The notes beneath the pieces were generated by a model. That model did no database searches. It had not been told where the DNA came from and was given only the letters and a program-made list of their open reading frames with translations. Positions 8,382-16,703 of a DNA stretch of 32,000 nt are shown piece after piece. How positions within the stretch are numbered: position 1 is the stretch's first letter; every line of letters begins with the position of its first letter. Made by a program: the position numbers and the translations under genes. Origin of the DNA: Nanoarchaeum equitans Kin4-M (GTDB taxonomy: Archaea > Nanobdellota > Nanobdellia > Nanobdellales > Nanoarchaeaceae); contig AE017199.1 in the NCBI GenBank assembly GCA_000008085.1, forward strand, positions 420,001-452,000, given 5' to 3'.

Positions 8382-8801
8382 GTGCCAACTTCTAAACAGA
8401 TTATAAATAAAAAGCAAGATGAGGTTAGTGACATTTATGGAAAGGAAATGATTAGAGTAATTAGATCCCTGTTAAAGCATAAGATTATTGATACAGAAAG
8501 TCTATCCAAAAAAACAGGTTATAGCATAAACACAGTAAGGAGAGCATTGTATACATTACAAAAAATGGGTATAGTTCGTTACATAAATAAAGAAGACAAA
8601 ACCCTATGGCAATTGTTAGAAACCGATTATGAGAAAATACTAGATACTCTGTTAGAGCCATACAAAAAAGAAGAAAAAGCCGAAACAGGAGAATTATTAT
8701 TTATATGTCCAAAGTGCGGTAGGAAATATACATTAGACGAAGCAGAGATGTACGAATTTAGATGTCCTGAAGACGGAACTCTTTTGGTTGCGAACCAATG
8801 A
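8382..8801 (+). CDS. tfe: Transcription factor E (TFE/TFIIE-alpha-like): winged helix plus Zn ribbon
   Basis: The N-terminal winged-helix-like segment is LSKKTGYSINTVRRALYTLQKMGIVRY. The C-terminal ribbon is FICPKCGRKYTLDEAEMYEFRCPEDGTLL. The start is GTG; the TTTTTAAAT box ends at 8361, placing +1 at 8381. Confidence 0.72.
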   Translation: MPTSKQIINKKQDEVSDIYGKEMIRVIRSLLKHKIIDTESLSKKTGYSINTVRRALYTLQKMGIVRYINKEDKTLWQLLETDYEKILDTLLEPYKKEEKAETGELLFICPKCGRKYTLDEAEMYEFRCPEDGTLLVANQ

Positions 8802-9103
8802 ACAAAATTCTTGCTGCTTTAAGCTATTTAAATATTTTTCTTTGGATAATTATTTATTCTTTGTTTAAGGACGACCCTTATATTAATAGCCATTTAAAAT
8901 ACGCATTAATAGTAAACCTGATAGGAATAATACAATTTCTATTAGGAATAAGCGGTTTATATTTTGTTTCTTACCCCTTATTGATATTTTATCTAATTAT
9001 TTTAATTTATGGAATAGTTAATGCTTTGTTAGGAAATGATAGCCCGGAATATTTGCAAAAATTGTATGAGCCATTTTCTAATTATTTGGATCAATATTTT
9101 TAA
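8798..9103 (+). CDS. Small integral membrane protein (101 aa, about 3 TM helices; DUF4870/Tic20-like impression)
   Basis: Hydrophobic helices (LAALSYLNIFLWIIIYSLF, ALIVNLIGIIQFLLGISGLYFV, LLIFYLIILIYGIVNALLG). Its ATG overlaps the tfe stop (ATGA). Confidence 0.6.
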   Translation: MNKILAALSYLNIFLWIIIYSLFKDDPYINSHLKYALIVNLIGIIQFLLGISGLYFVSYPLLIFYLIILIYGIVNALLGNDSPEYLQKLYEPFSNYLDQYF

Positions 9104-9154
9104 CTAAAAGGTTGTTAATAAATAAATATAAATAAAAAGGGAGAAACGAATTAA

Positions 9155-9667
9155 ATGAGCTTCAACCTAAATATTCCATTTGGTAAAAAAAGAAAAGAAG
9201 AAGAAAATTTAATGTCAATGAAAGATGATATATTTGCAGAGCACAATATGCCAGTGCAACCACCACAACCCCCACAGCAGCCAATGCCAATGCAACAATT
9301 GCCCCAACCACAAATGGAAGAAAATTTAGATGAAAAAATTAATGAATTAATAGAGAAATACTTAGAAGAAAAGTGGGAAGTTGTTTCGCAATTCTTACAA
9401 GATTTAAAGGCATGGAAATTAAGTGTGGACAAAGAAATTAAATCTCTAAAAGAAGAAGTAGAAAAATTAAAAGCCAGGGTTGATGAAATAGAGAATGGTT
9501 CTCAACAAAAGTTAAATGAAGTAGCAAGAAGTATAATGGATCTAAGCGCAGATATAAAGGCGATGGAAAGAGTATTACAACAAATGTTGCCAGACTTGGT
9601 TAGCTCTGTTAGAGAGTTAAGCAAAATAGTTTCAGAACTAAAAAGTATAAAAAATAGCCAACTATAG
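9155..9667 (+). CDS. Hypothetical coiled-coil protein with a Pro/Gln-rich N-terminal tract (170 aa)
   Basis: A PVQPPQPPQQPMPMQQLPQPQ tract is followed by heptad-like Glu/Lys/Leu sequence (KEIKSLKEEVEKLKARVDEIENG...). Confidence 0.6.
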   Translation: MSFNLNIPFGKKRKEEENLMSMKDDIFAEHNMPVQPPQPPQQPMPMQQLPQPQMEENLDEKINELIEKYLEEKWEVVSQFLQDLKAWKLSVDKEIKSLKEEVEKLKARVDEIENGSQQKLNEVARSIMDLSADIKAMERVLQQMLPDLVSSVRELSKIVSELKSIKNSQL

Positions 9668-10123
9668 AAAATATCTAAAATCGTATTGGCTTTTGTTTAT
9701 TGGTTCTTTCCATATATCTCTTTTCCTAGCAAATAGCTCTCTTAATTGGGGTTCTTTCTCTTTATAGAATTCTAGCAATTCATTGATTGTTTGTTTTAAA
9801 TAATCTATATCTTTAAAATATAAGCCATACTTTATTGCTCTTGAATAATAGGAAGCAAGCCTGTATAGTTCTAATAACCATTCAATGTCTTTATTGCTAA
9901 AAGCCCTTAGCTCATGTATTACCGATATCTCTTCTGAAGGCAATAAAATTGTTTCTATTTCATCTATTATTATGTCTATTTTGCTATTGGCCCTCCTAGC
10001 TAATGTTAAAACCAAAATTTTTTCGTCTTCTTTTGCTAATTCTATTTCGTCCGCATCCAAATAGCGAACTGCTATTTCCCAGTTTTTTAAATATTTTTCA
10101 TAAATCTCTTTCGTTAGCTTCAT
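9662..10123 (-). CDS. Hypothetical protein (153 aa), predicted all-helical
   Basis: Long ORF whose stop converges on and overlaps the 9155-9667 gene. It lies immediately downstream of the CaCA gene, whose stop ends at 10123. No motif recognised. Confidence 0.5.
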   Translation of the reverse strand: MKLTKEIYEKYLKNWEIAVRYLDADEIELAKEDEKILVLTLARRANSKIDIIIDEIETILLPSEEISVIHELRAFSNKDIEWLLELYRLASYYSRAIKYGLYFKDIDYLKQTINELLEFYKEKEPQLRELFARKRDIWKEPINKSQYDFRYFL

Positions 10124-11049
10124 TAGGCTTTAGAAATAAATAAGGTTAAAAATAATATGTACCCTATTAATAGAATTAATCCATCTATCTTAGTTAGTTT
10201 TCTTTTAACATATGCTGAGAGAGTCAAATAAGTAGTGAGCAACAATAGCAAAAATAGATGGTTTATAACTATTATGTTAGCATGTATGGGATTAATTATT
10301 GTGGCGATCGGTAAAATTACTCCCATATTAAATATATTACTTCCTAACACATCGCCCAAGGCAATATTTATTTTTCTTTTTAGAGAAGATATTATACTTA
10401 CAGTTATTTCAGGCAAAGATGTGCCTATAGCAATTACCAGAGAGCTTACTAAATAAGGCATTAGATTTAGATTTTTTGCCAATACTATTGTGCTATTTAT
10501 TAAAATTTTAGCGCTTATTATTACTAATGCTAAAGAGCCAACAAAATAAGCCAAATCTTTCCAATGTAATTTTTGCTTTTCTTTTGATTTTATTCCATCT
10601 TTGTATATGTTTAACAACATAAGAGCAAAGAAAATCAATATTGTTAATGCTTCATATTTGTCCAAAACACTATCATTTAGTATTAGTAATAATGTAGCTA
10701 AGGTTATTGCTCCATGTATGGGGACTTCGTTAAATAGAGTTTCCTTTTTTATAACTAATGGACTAATTATTAAACCGATCCCTAAACCTAATCCTAGGTT
10801 AGCAAAATTACTTCCAATAATGTCTCCTAAAACTATTTCAGATTTGTTATCTAAAGCTGCTAATATTGCTACAGCCAATTCTGGTAATGATGTGGATATA
10901 CTAACTAAAATTAACCCCAATAATCTATCATCTATGCCTAGAGATTTACTTATTCTCTCTCCGCTTTCTAAAAATTTGTCTGCTCCAAATAAGAGAAAAA
11001 ATAAAGAAACTAAAATTAAAAAACTATTGAACAGCGTAGAGACGAGCAA
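10123..11049 (-). CDS. Ca2+/cation antiporter (CaCA / YrbG-type Na+/Ca2+ exchanger)
   Basis: About 10 TM helices with two alpha-repeat motifs, GDIIGSNFANLGLGLG and GDVLGSNIFNMGVILP. The start is uncertain: TTG 11049, with no nearby ATG, and it overlaps the rps15 3' end by 26 nt. Confidence 0.85.
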   Translation of the reverse strand: MLVSTLFNSFLILVSLFFLLFGADKFLESGERISKSLGIDDRLLGLILVSISTSLPELAVAILAALDNKSEIVLGDIIGSNFANLGLGLGIGLIISPLVIKKETLFNEVPIHGAITLATLLLILNDSVLDKYEALTILIFFALMLLNIYKDGIKSKEKQKLHWKDLAYFVGSLALVIISAKILINSTIVLAKNLNLMPYLVSSLVIAIGTSLPEITVSIISSLKRKINIALGDVLGSNIFNMGVILPIATIINPIHANIIVINHLFLLLLLTTYLTLSAYVKRKLTKIDGLILLIGYILFLTLFISKA

Positions 11050-11488
11050 TTTCTATTGAATATTTCCAATCTTTTGGCAAAACCCCTTTTCTTTTATAGT
11101 ATTTGGCCAATCTATGTATTTTGGAAATAATTAATTGGTAATTTCTTTTCGCTTGTGTGTCTCTGGGGTTTAACTCTATATGTTTATACACTCTATAAGC
11201 CCTTTTTAATAAATAAATCAAATCCCATGGTATATCTGGCAATAAACCTTTTTCCTCTAAAAAGTCTTGTAAGCTTTTTCCTATATAAAGCCTAACATCT
11301 GGGATACCATATTGGTCTCTTAATATTAACCCTATCATTGCTGGAGAATACCCTTGTTTTGCCAACTCTATTATTTTGTTTTCAACGAATTCTTTATCAT
11401 ATGGGGCCCATTCGGGCTTTGTAGTTCTTAATGGCCTCTTACTACCGGATTGCCCATGATATCTTTTATGGGCATGCAATCTCGACAT
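11024..11488 (-). CDS. rps15: 30S ribosomal protein S15 (uS15 / S13e type)
   Basis: MSRLHAHKRYHGQSGSKRP...YSPAMIGLILRDQYGIPDV...NPRDTQAKRNYQLIISKIHRLAKYYKRKGVLPKDWKY is the canonical archaeal uS15. Confidence 0.95.
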   Translation of the reverse strand: MSRLHAHKRYHGQSGSKRPLRTTKPEWAPYDKEFVENKIIELAKQGYSPAMIGLILRDQYGIPDVRLYIGKSLQDFLEEKGLLPDIPWDLIYLLKRAYRVYKHIELNPRDTQAKRNYQLIISKIHRLAKYYKRKGVLPKDWKYSIEIARLYAVQ

Positions 11489-11519
11489 TGCTGAGAGAAA
11501 AGAGATAGGCTTTATAAAT

Positions 11520-11876
11520 CTATATTAGAATTTTAGTATTGGGCAATTTTTTGTCCTTAGCTTGTTCAACAAAATTTTCTAAATATATAGCTTTGTCTTT
11601 TAATTTTTCTAATGCAGTTTGGCTAAAGGATAATGCTACGACTTTTACATCTTTTGTTAACTCTCCAGAGCCTAAAACCTTGCCTGGCACTATTATAGTA
11701 TCTCCATCATTAGAATGTTTCTCTATTTTCCATAAATTAACAACAAAATGTTTTTTCCTTCTTTTTGGTTTTGATAACAATTCCGCTATATATTTAAATA
11801 TGGGTCTTTTTGTTTTTTCTAATTGCCTAATTAGTTTTCTTACATTAACATCGGTAGGGCCTGTTGGTTTAACCAT
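11520..11876 (-). CDS. rpl18e: 50S ribosomal protein L18e (eL18)
   Basis: MVKPTGPTDVNVRKLIRQLEKT...VVNLWKIEKHSNDGDTIIVPGKVLGSGEL...VKVVALSFSQTALEKL is the eL18 pattern. Confidence 0.9.
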   Translation of the reverse strand: MVKPTGPTDVNVRKLIRQLEKTKRPIFKYIAELLSKPKRRKKHFVVNLWKIEKHSNDGDTIIVPGKVLGSGELTKDVKVVALSFSQTALEKLKDKAIYLENFVEQAKDKKLPNTKILI

Positions 11877-11896
11877 GGGAGAAACAATGATAATAT

Positions 11897-11906
11897 ATTT
11901 AAAAAA
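11897..11906. promoter_or_regulatory. Shared A/T box (ATTTAAAAAA) for the divergent rpl18e and Zn-ribbon genes
   Basis: On the plus strand, TTTAAAA ends at 11904, 20 nt before ATG 11924. On the minus strand, TTTTTTAAAT ends at 11897, putting +1 at 11877, 1 nt before ATG 11876. Confidence 0.5.
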
Positions 11907-11923
11907 TATGGTTGCAATCTCTA

Positions 11924-12085
11924 ATGGCTCTCGTATGTGTAAGTTGTAAAACTAGAATATCCAATATGGTAGGCGTAGCAATATTCAAATGCCCAAAATG
12001 TGGGGCTACAATTGTTAGATGCCCATCTTGTAGGGCCAAGGGTAACAAATGGGTTTGTCCCAAATGTGGTTTTGAAGGGCCATAA
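11924..12085 (+). CDS. Small zinc-ribbon protein with four CxxC motifs (53 aa; COG2888/DUF1610-like)
   Basis: Not in the ORF track. My hand translation is MALVCVSCKTRISNMVGVAIFKCPKCGATIVRCPSCRAKGNKWVCPKCGFEGP*. The ending KCPKCGFEGP and the CPxCG spacing are typical of this small archaeal Zn-finger family. The ATG is exactly 20 nt after the TTTAAAA box. Confidence 0.75.
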   Translation: MALVCVSCKTRISNMVGVAIFKCPKCGATIVRCPSCRAKGNKWVCPKCGFEGP

Positions 12086-12098
12086 AATTGTGTAAACA

Positions 12099-12107
12099 TT
12101 TTTAAAG
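12099..12107 (+). promoter_or_regulatory. Candidate 16S rRNA promoter box (TTTTTAAAG)
   Basis: The same box type as elsewhere in the window. The +20 rule predicts a start near A12127, at the onset of the GC-rich leader. A second box, TATAAAAT (12110-12117), would predict about 12137. Confidence 0.4.
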
Positions 12108-12226
12108 GGTATAAAATATTACTCGCAAGGCACCCGCGGTAAGCTCGCCGGGATGATTAATGATTCCCGGTATCCAACCGCGGGTACAGGAGTGCGGCAG
12201 AGACCTTCGGGTCTCTGCCAAGGGAA

Positions 12227-12248
12227 GAGCCCGGCACAGGGAGACCGC
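12227..12248 (+). other. 5' strand of the 16S rRNA processing stem
   Basis: GAGCCCGGCACAGGGAGACCGC is the perfect reverse complement of 13832-13853 (22/22 bp). The two strands bracket the mature 16S. Confidence 0.85.
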
Positions 12249-12324
12249 ATTTTTCTTTGCGGCCGTGCTCCCTGGGTCCCCGAGTGGGATAAGGGCCCAG
12301 GGAGGCGGGGTTTTATTCCCCCGC

Positions 12325-13826
<1,502 letters not shown>

Positions 13827-13831
13827 GTAAA

Positions 13832-13853
13832 GCGGTCTCCCTGTGCCGGGCTC
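13832..13853 (+). other. 3' strand of the 16S rRNA processing stem
   Basis: GCGGUCUCCCUGUGCCGGGCUC pairs perfectly with 12227-12248. Confidence 0.85.
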
Positions 13854-13859
13854 CCAAAT

Positions 13860-14228
13860 GTGATACTAAACAAATTCGTTTATGACATACTCTCTTTATT
13901 TCTATTCTCGTTAGGATTAGCCCTAATTGGCACAATTATTTCTTCTATAAAAACCCAAACTAAGCAATATTTAGATCAATATTTATCCCTATGGTGTGCG
14001 AGTGGCAAAATCTATAAAAGCCAATACAAAACTTTCTCCCAATATTTGCCAAAAGATCATTATTTGTATTGTAAAAAAGAGGGAACAATAAAACTCTATA
14101 TCGCAAAAGGTAGTAATACTTTTCTATCAAAGAAATGTGATTTGTTAAAAATAGAGATTATAAAGGATAAAAGTAGAAGCGAAGTTACATGCGATAGTGA
14201 GATCAATATTAGCAAGTATTTCCAATAA
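13860..14228 (+). CDS. Questionable hypothetical protein (122 aa) with an N-terminal hydrophobic segment
   Basis: The ORF has a GTG start 7 nt after the rRNA processing stem. No A/T promoter box lies 20 nt upstream, because that position is inside the GC-rich trailer. The N-terminus is ILSLFLFSLGLALIGTIISSI. Coding status is uncertain. Confidence 0.35.
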   Translation: MILNKFVYDILSLFLFSLGLALIGTIISSIKTQTKQYLDQYLSLWCASGKIYKSQYKTFSQYLPKDHYLYCKKEGTIKLYIAKGSNTFLSKKCDLLKIEIIKDKSRSEVTCDSEINISKYFQ

Positions 14229-14259
14229 ATTATTAATTTTTTAGGAAAAATAAGTTTTA

Positions 14260-15666
14260 ATGGTAGAAAGGATAGTCCTAACATTCATAGCTATAATTGG
14301 GAGCATACAGATTTTGAAAGAACATTTAAATTTAATCTATACCTCTGCAATCGCTTATTCTCTAATTCCTATTCTAATTGTATCCTATACATTATCAAAA
14401 GAAGTATATTCTTTGCATGAAGCACTTTATAAGAAGCACAAATTATTGGGATTTTTGGCCCAGTGGTTCTCTATTCTATTGCTTAGCTCTTTGGCCGCAG
14501 CAGCGATTAAAGATCATCATGCATGGATAATAATATTGCTATTCTCACTAATCTATTTGATAGATGAAAGTATCTTTTTAGAATTCTTAGCATTGCTAGG
14601 CATAATATCTTTTTTAATTCCAGGTTTAGAACAAACTCCCTTTATAGTTATAACAGAGCCAACAATCATTATTTTTAGTATATATGTAACATTGAAAACT
14701 CTACTTAACTGGGATGTTTCTTATATTATGAGGACAACAAAATTTTTACCAATACTATTGGTTTTAGGTATAATAGTTGGATCTATAACCAAAGGCATAT
14801 CGTATTTAACATTAATTGTGTCTGCTTTGATTTGGCTATACACAAGCGCAAAAATTTTTTATAATAACAAAATCGCCTTTCTCGCAATTATTGGTTTAGC
14901 TTTTTTCTTATCTCTGTTAGATACGCATACCATATTAGTAACAACTAGCATAGCAATATATGTAATGCTAATAATATATTTCTTATTCAAAAGCAAACTT
15001 CAAAAATTGGTTGGCCTATTTTTAGCATTAATAATTGGGTATGTTGCCCTTCGATATAATATAATACAACAAGCGTTTTTACCTTTGGTAACCTACACTT
15101 TATTGGGTTTAATAGTCTATGCAATATTAAACATAAAAGATAAAGCAATTGTAAGCTTTTTACATAACGCGTTTTTCTTTTTAATTGCCCTTAGCGAACC
15201 ATTATGGAAAGATCCTTCGTATCTATACTATATAAGAGATAAAAGAAGAGTATTAGAAGTAGGTTTTGGTACAGGCTATATTACCAAACATTTAAACAAA
15301 AACCATGAAGTCGATGGTAGTGAGATAAGTATTATAGAATTGTTTTTCGCTAAACTTAGATTTTTATTTTCAAAGAAAAAACCTTATCTATTCTTAGATG
15401 AAAAAGATAGGATTAGTATTAACAAAAAATACGATGCTATTGTGGGGTATGGAGTAATAGGATATATAAAAGATATAAAAACTTTTGCTAGAGATATTGT
15501 TAATCATTTAAATGAAAATGGCAAAATTTTATTTGTTGATTTCTCAAAAGAAGATTTGGATAGACTATCAAAAGAGCTAGAAAAGCTTGGCGTAAAAACT
15601 CAAATAGAAATAAAAAACAAAAAACTATGGCGAGAATATATCTTAAAGGGTATAAAGGTGTTATAA
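14260..15666 (+). CDS. Polytopic membrane domain fused to a C-terminal class I SAM-dependent methyltransferase (468 aa)
   Basis: About 310 aa of consecutive hydrophobic helices come first. They are followed by Rossmann methyltransferase motifs: VLEVGFGTGYITKHL (motif I), VDGSEIS (post-I), YDAIVGYGVIGYI and NENGKILFVDF. Confidence 0.8.
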   Translation: MVERIVLTFIAIIGSIQILKEHLNLIYTSAIAYSLIPILIVSYTLSKEVYSLHEALYKKHKLLGFLAQWFSILLLSSLAAAAIKDHHAWIIILLFSLIYLIDESIFLEFLALLGIISFLIPGLEQTPFIVITEPTIIIFSIYVTLKTLLNWDVSYIMRTTKFLPILLVLGIIVGSITKGISYLTLIVSALIWLYTSAKIFYNNKIAFLAIIGLAFFLSLLDTHTILVTTSIAIYVMLIIYFLFKSKLQKLVGLFLALIIGYVALRYNIIQQAFLPLVTYTLLGLIVYAILNIKDKAIVSFLHNAFFFLIALSEPLWKDPSYLYYIRDKRRVLEVGFGTGYITKHLNKNHEVDGSEISIIELFFAKLRFLFSKKKPYLFLDEKDRISINKKYDAIVGYGVIGYIKDIKTFARDIVNHLNENGKILFVDFSKEDLDRLSKELEKLGVKTQIEIKNKKLWREYILKGIKVL

Positions 15667-15676
15667 ATTATTACAA

Positions 15677-16618
15677 ATGTTCCGTATAAGTAGGACAAGC
15701 TTTAAGCCATTAGACAAACAATGGGACGTTATAATAATTGGAGGGGGGCCAGCAGGGGTTGTGGCTGGTTTATATAGCGCTAGGTATGGACTTAAAACAT
15801 TACTAATATCGCCAGATAAAGGAGGAATGTTAACAGAAGCATCTTTTATAGAGAATTACCCCGGGTTCATATCGATTTCTGGTCCAGATTTAGCGGAAAG
15901 GCTATTCGAGCAATATGAAAAAAATGGGGGACATTATTTAAAAGACAAAGTAAGTGATATTAAAAAGGATAAAAACTTTATTGTAATTACCGAAGGTGGT
16001 TACGAATTGGAAGCGAAAGCAATTATATTAGCAACAGGCTCCAGGAGAAGGAAATTAAATGTGAAAGGGGAAAACCTACCAGGGGTATCCTATTGCGCTG
16101 AATGTGATGCTCCATTATTTAAAGGGAAAACTGTTGCCGTCGTTGGGGGTGGTAACACAGCTTTCCATGACGCTTTAGTTTTATCTAATTATGCAAATAA
16201 AGTTTATCTAATTCATAGAAGAGACCAATTTAGGGCAGAAAGTTACTTAGTTGAAAATGCAAAGAAAAAAGATAACATAGAGTTTATATTAAATAGTGTA
16301 GTAAAAGAAATAAGAGGACAAAACAAAGTTGAATCCATTATAGTGCAAGATAAAGAAGGCAATACAAAAGAGCTAAAAGTAGATGGGGTTTTTGTTGCTA
16401 TTGGTATGGAAACAAACATAGAATTAGCTAAAAAATTAGGAGTACAACTAGACGAGAGAGGAAAAATAATAGTCGATAGATGTCAAAGAACTAATATACA
16501 ATATGTATATGCTGCAGGTAACATTACTAACAATTGTTGCGATTTAGATCAAATAGTTACATCTATGGCACAAGGCGCAATTGCTGCTAAATCCGCTTAT
16601 GAAGATTTGCTAAAATAG
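15677..16618 (+). CDS. trxB: Thioredoxin reductase (FAD/NAD(P)-dependent pyridine nucleotide-disulfide oxidoreductase)
   Basis: It has DVIIIGGGPAGVVAGLYSARYG (FAD site), the redox-active CAECD (CxxC), VAVVGGGNTAFHDAL (NAD(P)H site) and YAAGNIT. The TATAAAG box ends at 15657, 20 nt before the ATG. Confidence 0.93.
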   Translation: MFRISRTSFKPLDKQWDVIIIGGGPAGVVAGLYSARYGLKTLLISPDKGGMLTEASFIENYPGFISISGPDLAERLFEQYEKNGGHYLKDKVSDIKKDKNFIVITEGGYELEAKAIILATGSRRRKLNVKGENLPGVSYCAECDAPLFKGKTVAVVGGGNTAFHDALVLSNYANKVYLIHRRDQFRAESYLVENAKKKDNIEFILNSVVKEIRGQNKVESIIVQDKEGNTKELKVDGVFVAIGMETNIELAKKLGVQLDERGKIIVDRCQRTNIQYVYAAGNITNNCCDLDQIVTSMAQGAIAAKSAYEDLLK

Positions 16619-16673
16619 CCGGGGCAGTGGGATCGAAAACCCCGTATGCTAGACCTGGCTACACCACGGGGGC
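16617..16673 (-). tRNA. Split tRNA gene: tRNA-Glu(UUC) 5' half (positions 1-37, 16673->16634) plus a GC-rich 3' pairing tail (16633->16617)
   Basis: The minus strand reads GCCCCCG UG GUGU AGCCAGGUCUA GCAU A CGGGG UUUUCG, then AUCCCACUGCCCCGGCU AUUUU. There is no 3' anticodon-stem strand, variable loop or T arm. The TTTTTAAAT box lies 20 nt upstream of G1. Confidence 0.85.
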
Positions 16674-16692
16674 TAGAGTAAAATTAGAGAGC

Positions 16693-16701
16693 ATTTAAAA
16701 A
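16693..16701 (-). promoter_or_regulatory. TATA/box-A element (TTTTTAAAT) of the tRNA-Glu 5' half
   Basis: On the minus strand: TTTTTAAAT, then 19 nt (GCTCTCTAATTTTACTCTA), then G16673, which is position 1. Confidence 0.7.
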
Positions 16702-16703
16702 TT

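Noticed and set aside
9151-9432. 93-aa minus-strand ORF with a Cys/Gly-rich patch (CCIGIGCCGGCGGC).
   Set aside because: It is the mirror image of the Pro/Gln-rich tract of the plus-strand coiled-coil gene and has no independent support.
11899-12099. 66-aa minus-strand ORF listed in the track.
   Set aside because: It is antisense to the plus-strand four-CxxC zinc-ribbon frame. That frame has a recognisable family signature and a start codon at the canonical +20 position from a promoter box.
12147-12171. 16S-leader hairpin loop UGAUUAAUGAU considered as a C/D-like K-turn or embedded sRNA.
   Set aside because: The sequence does not match RUGAUGA/CUGA, and no 3-nt bulge plus tandem G.A arrangement can be drawn. 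It is reported only as a structural curiosity within the leader finding.
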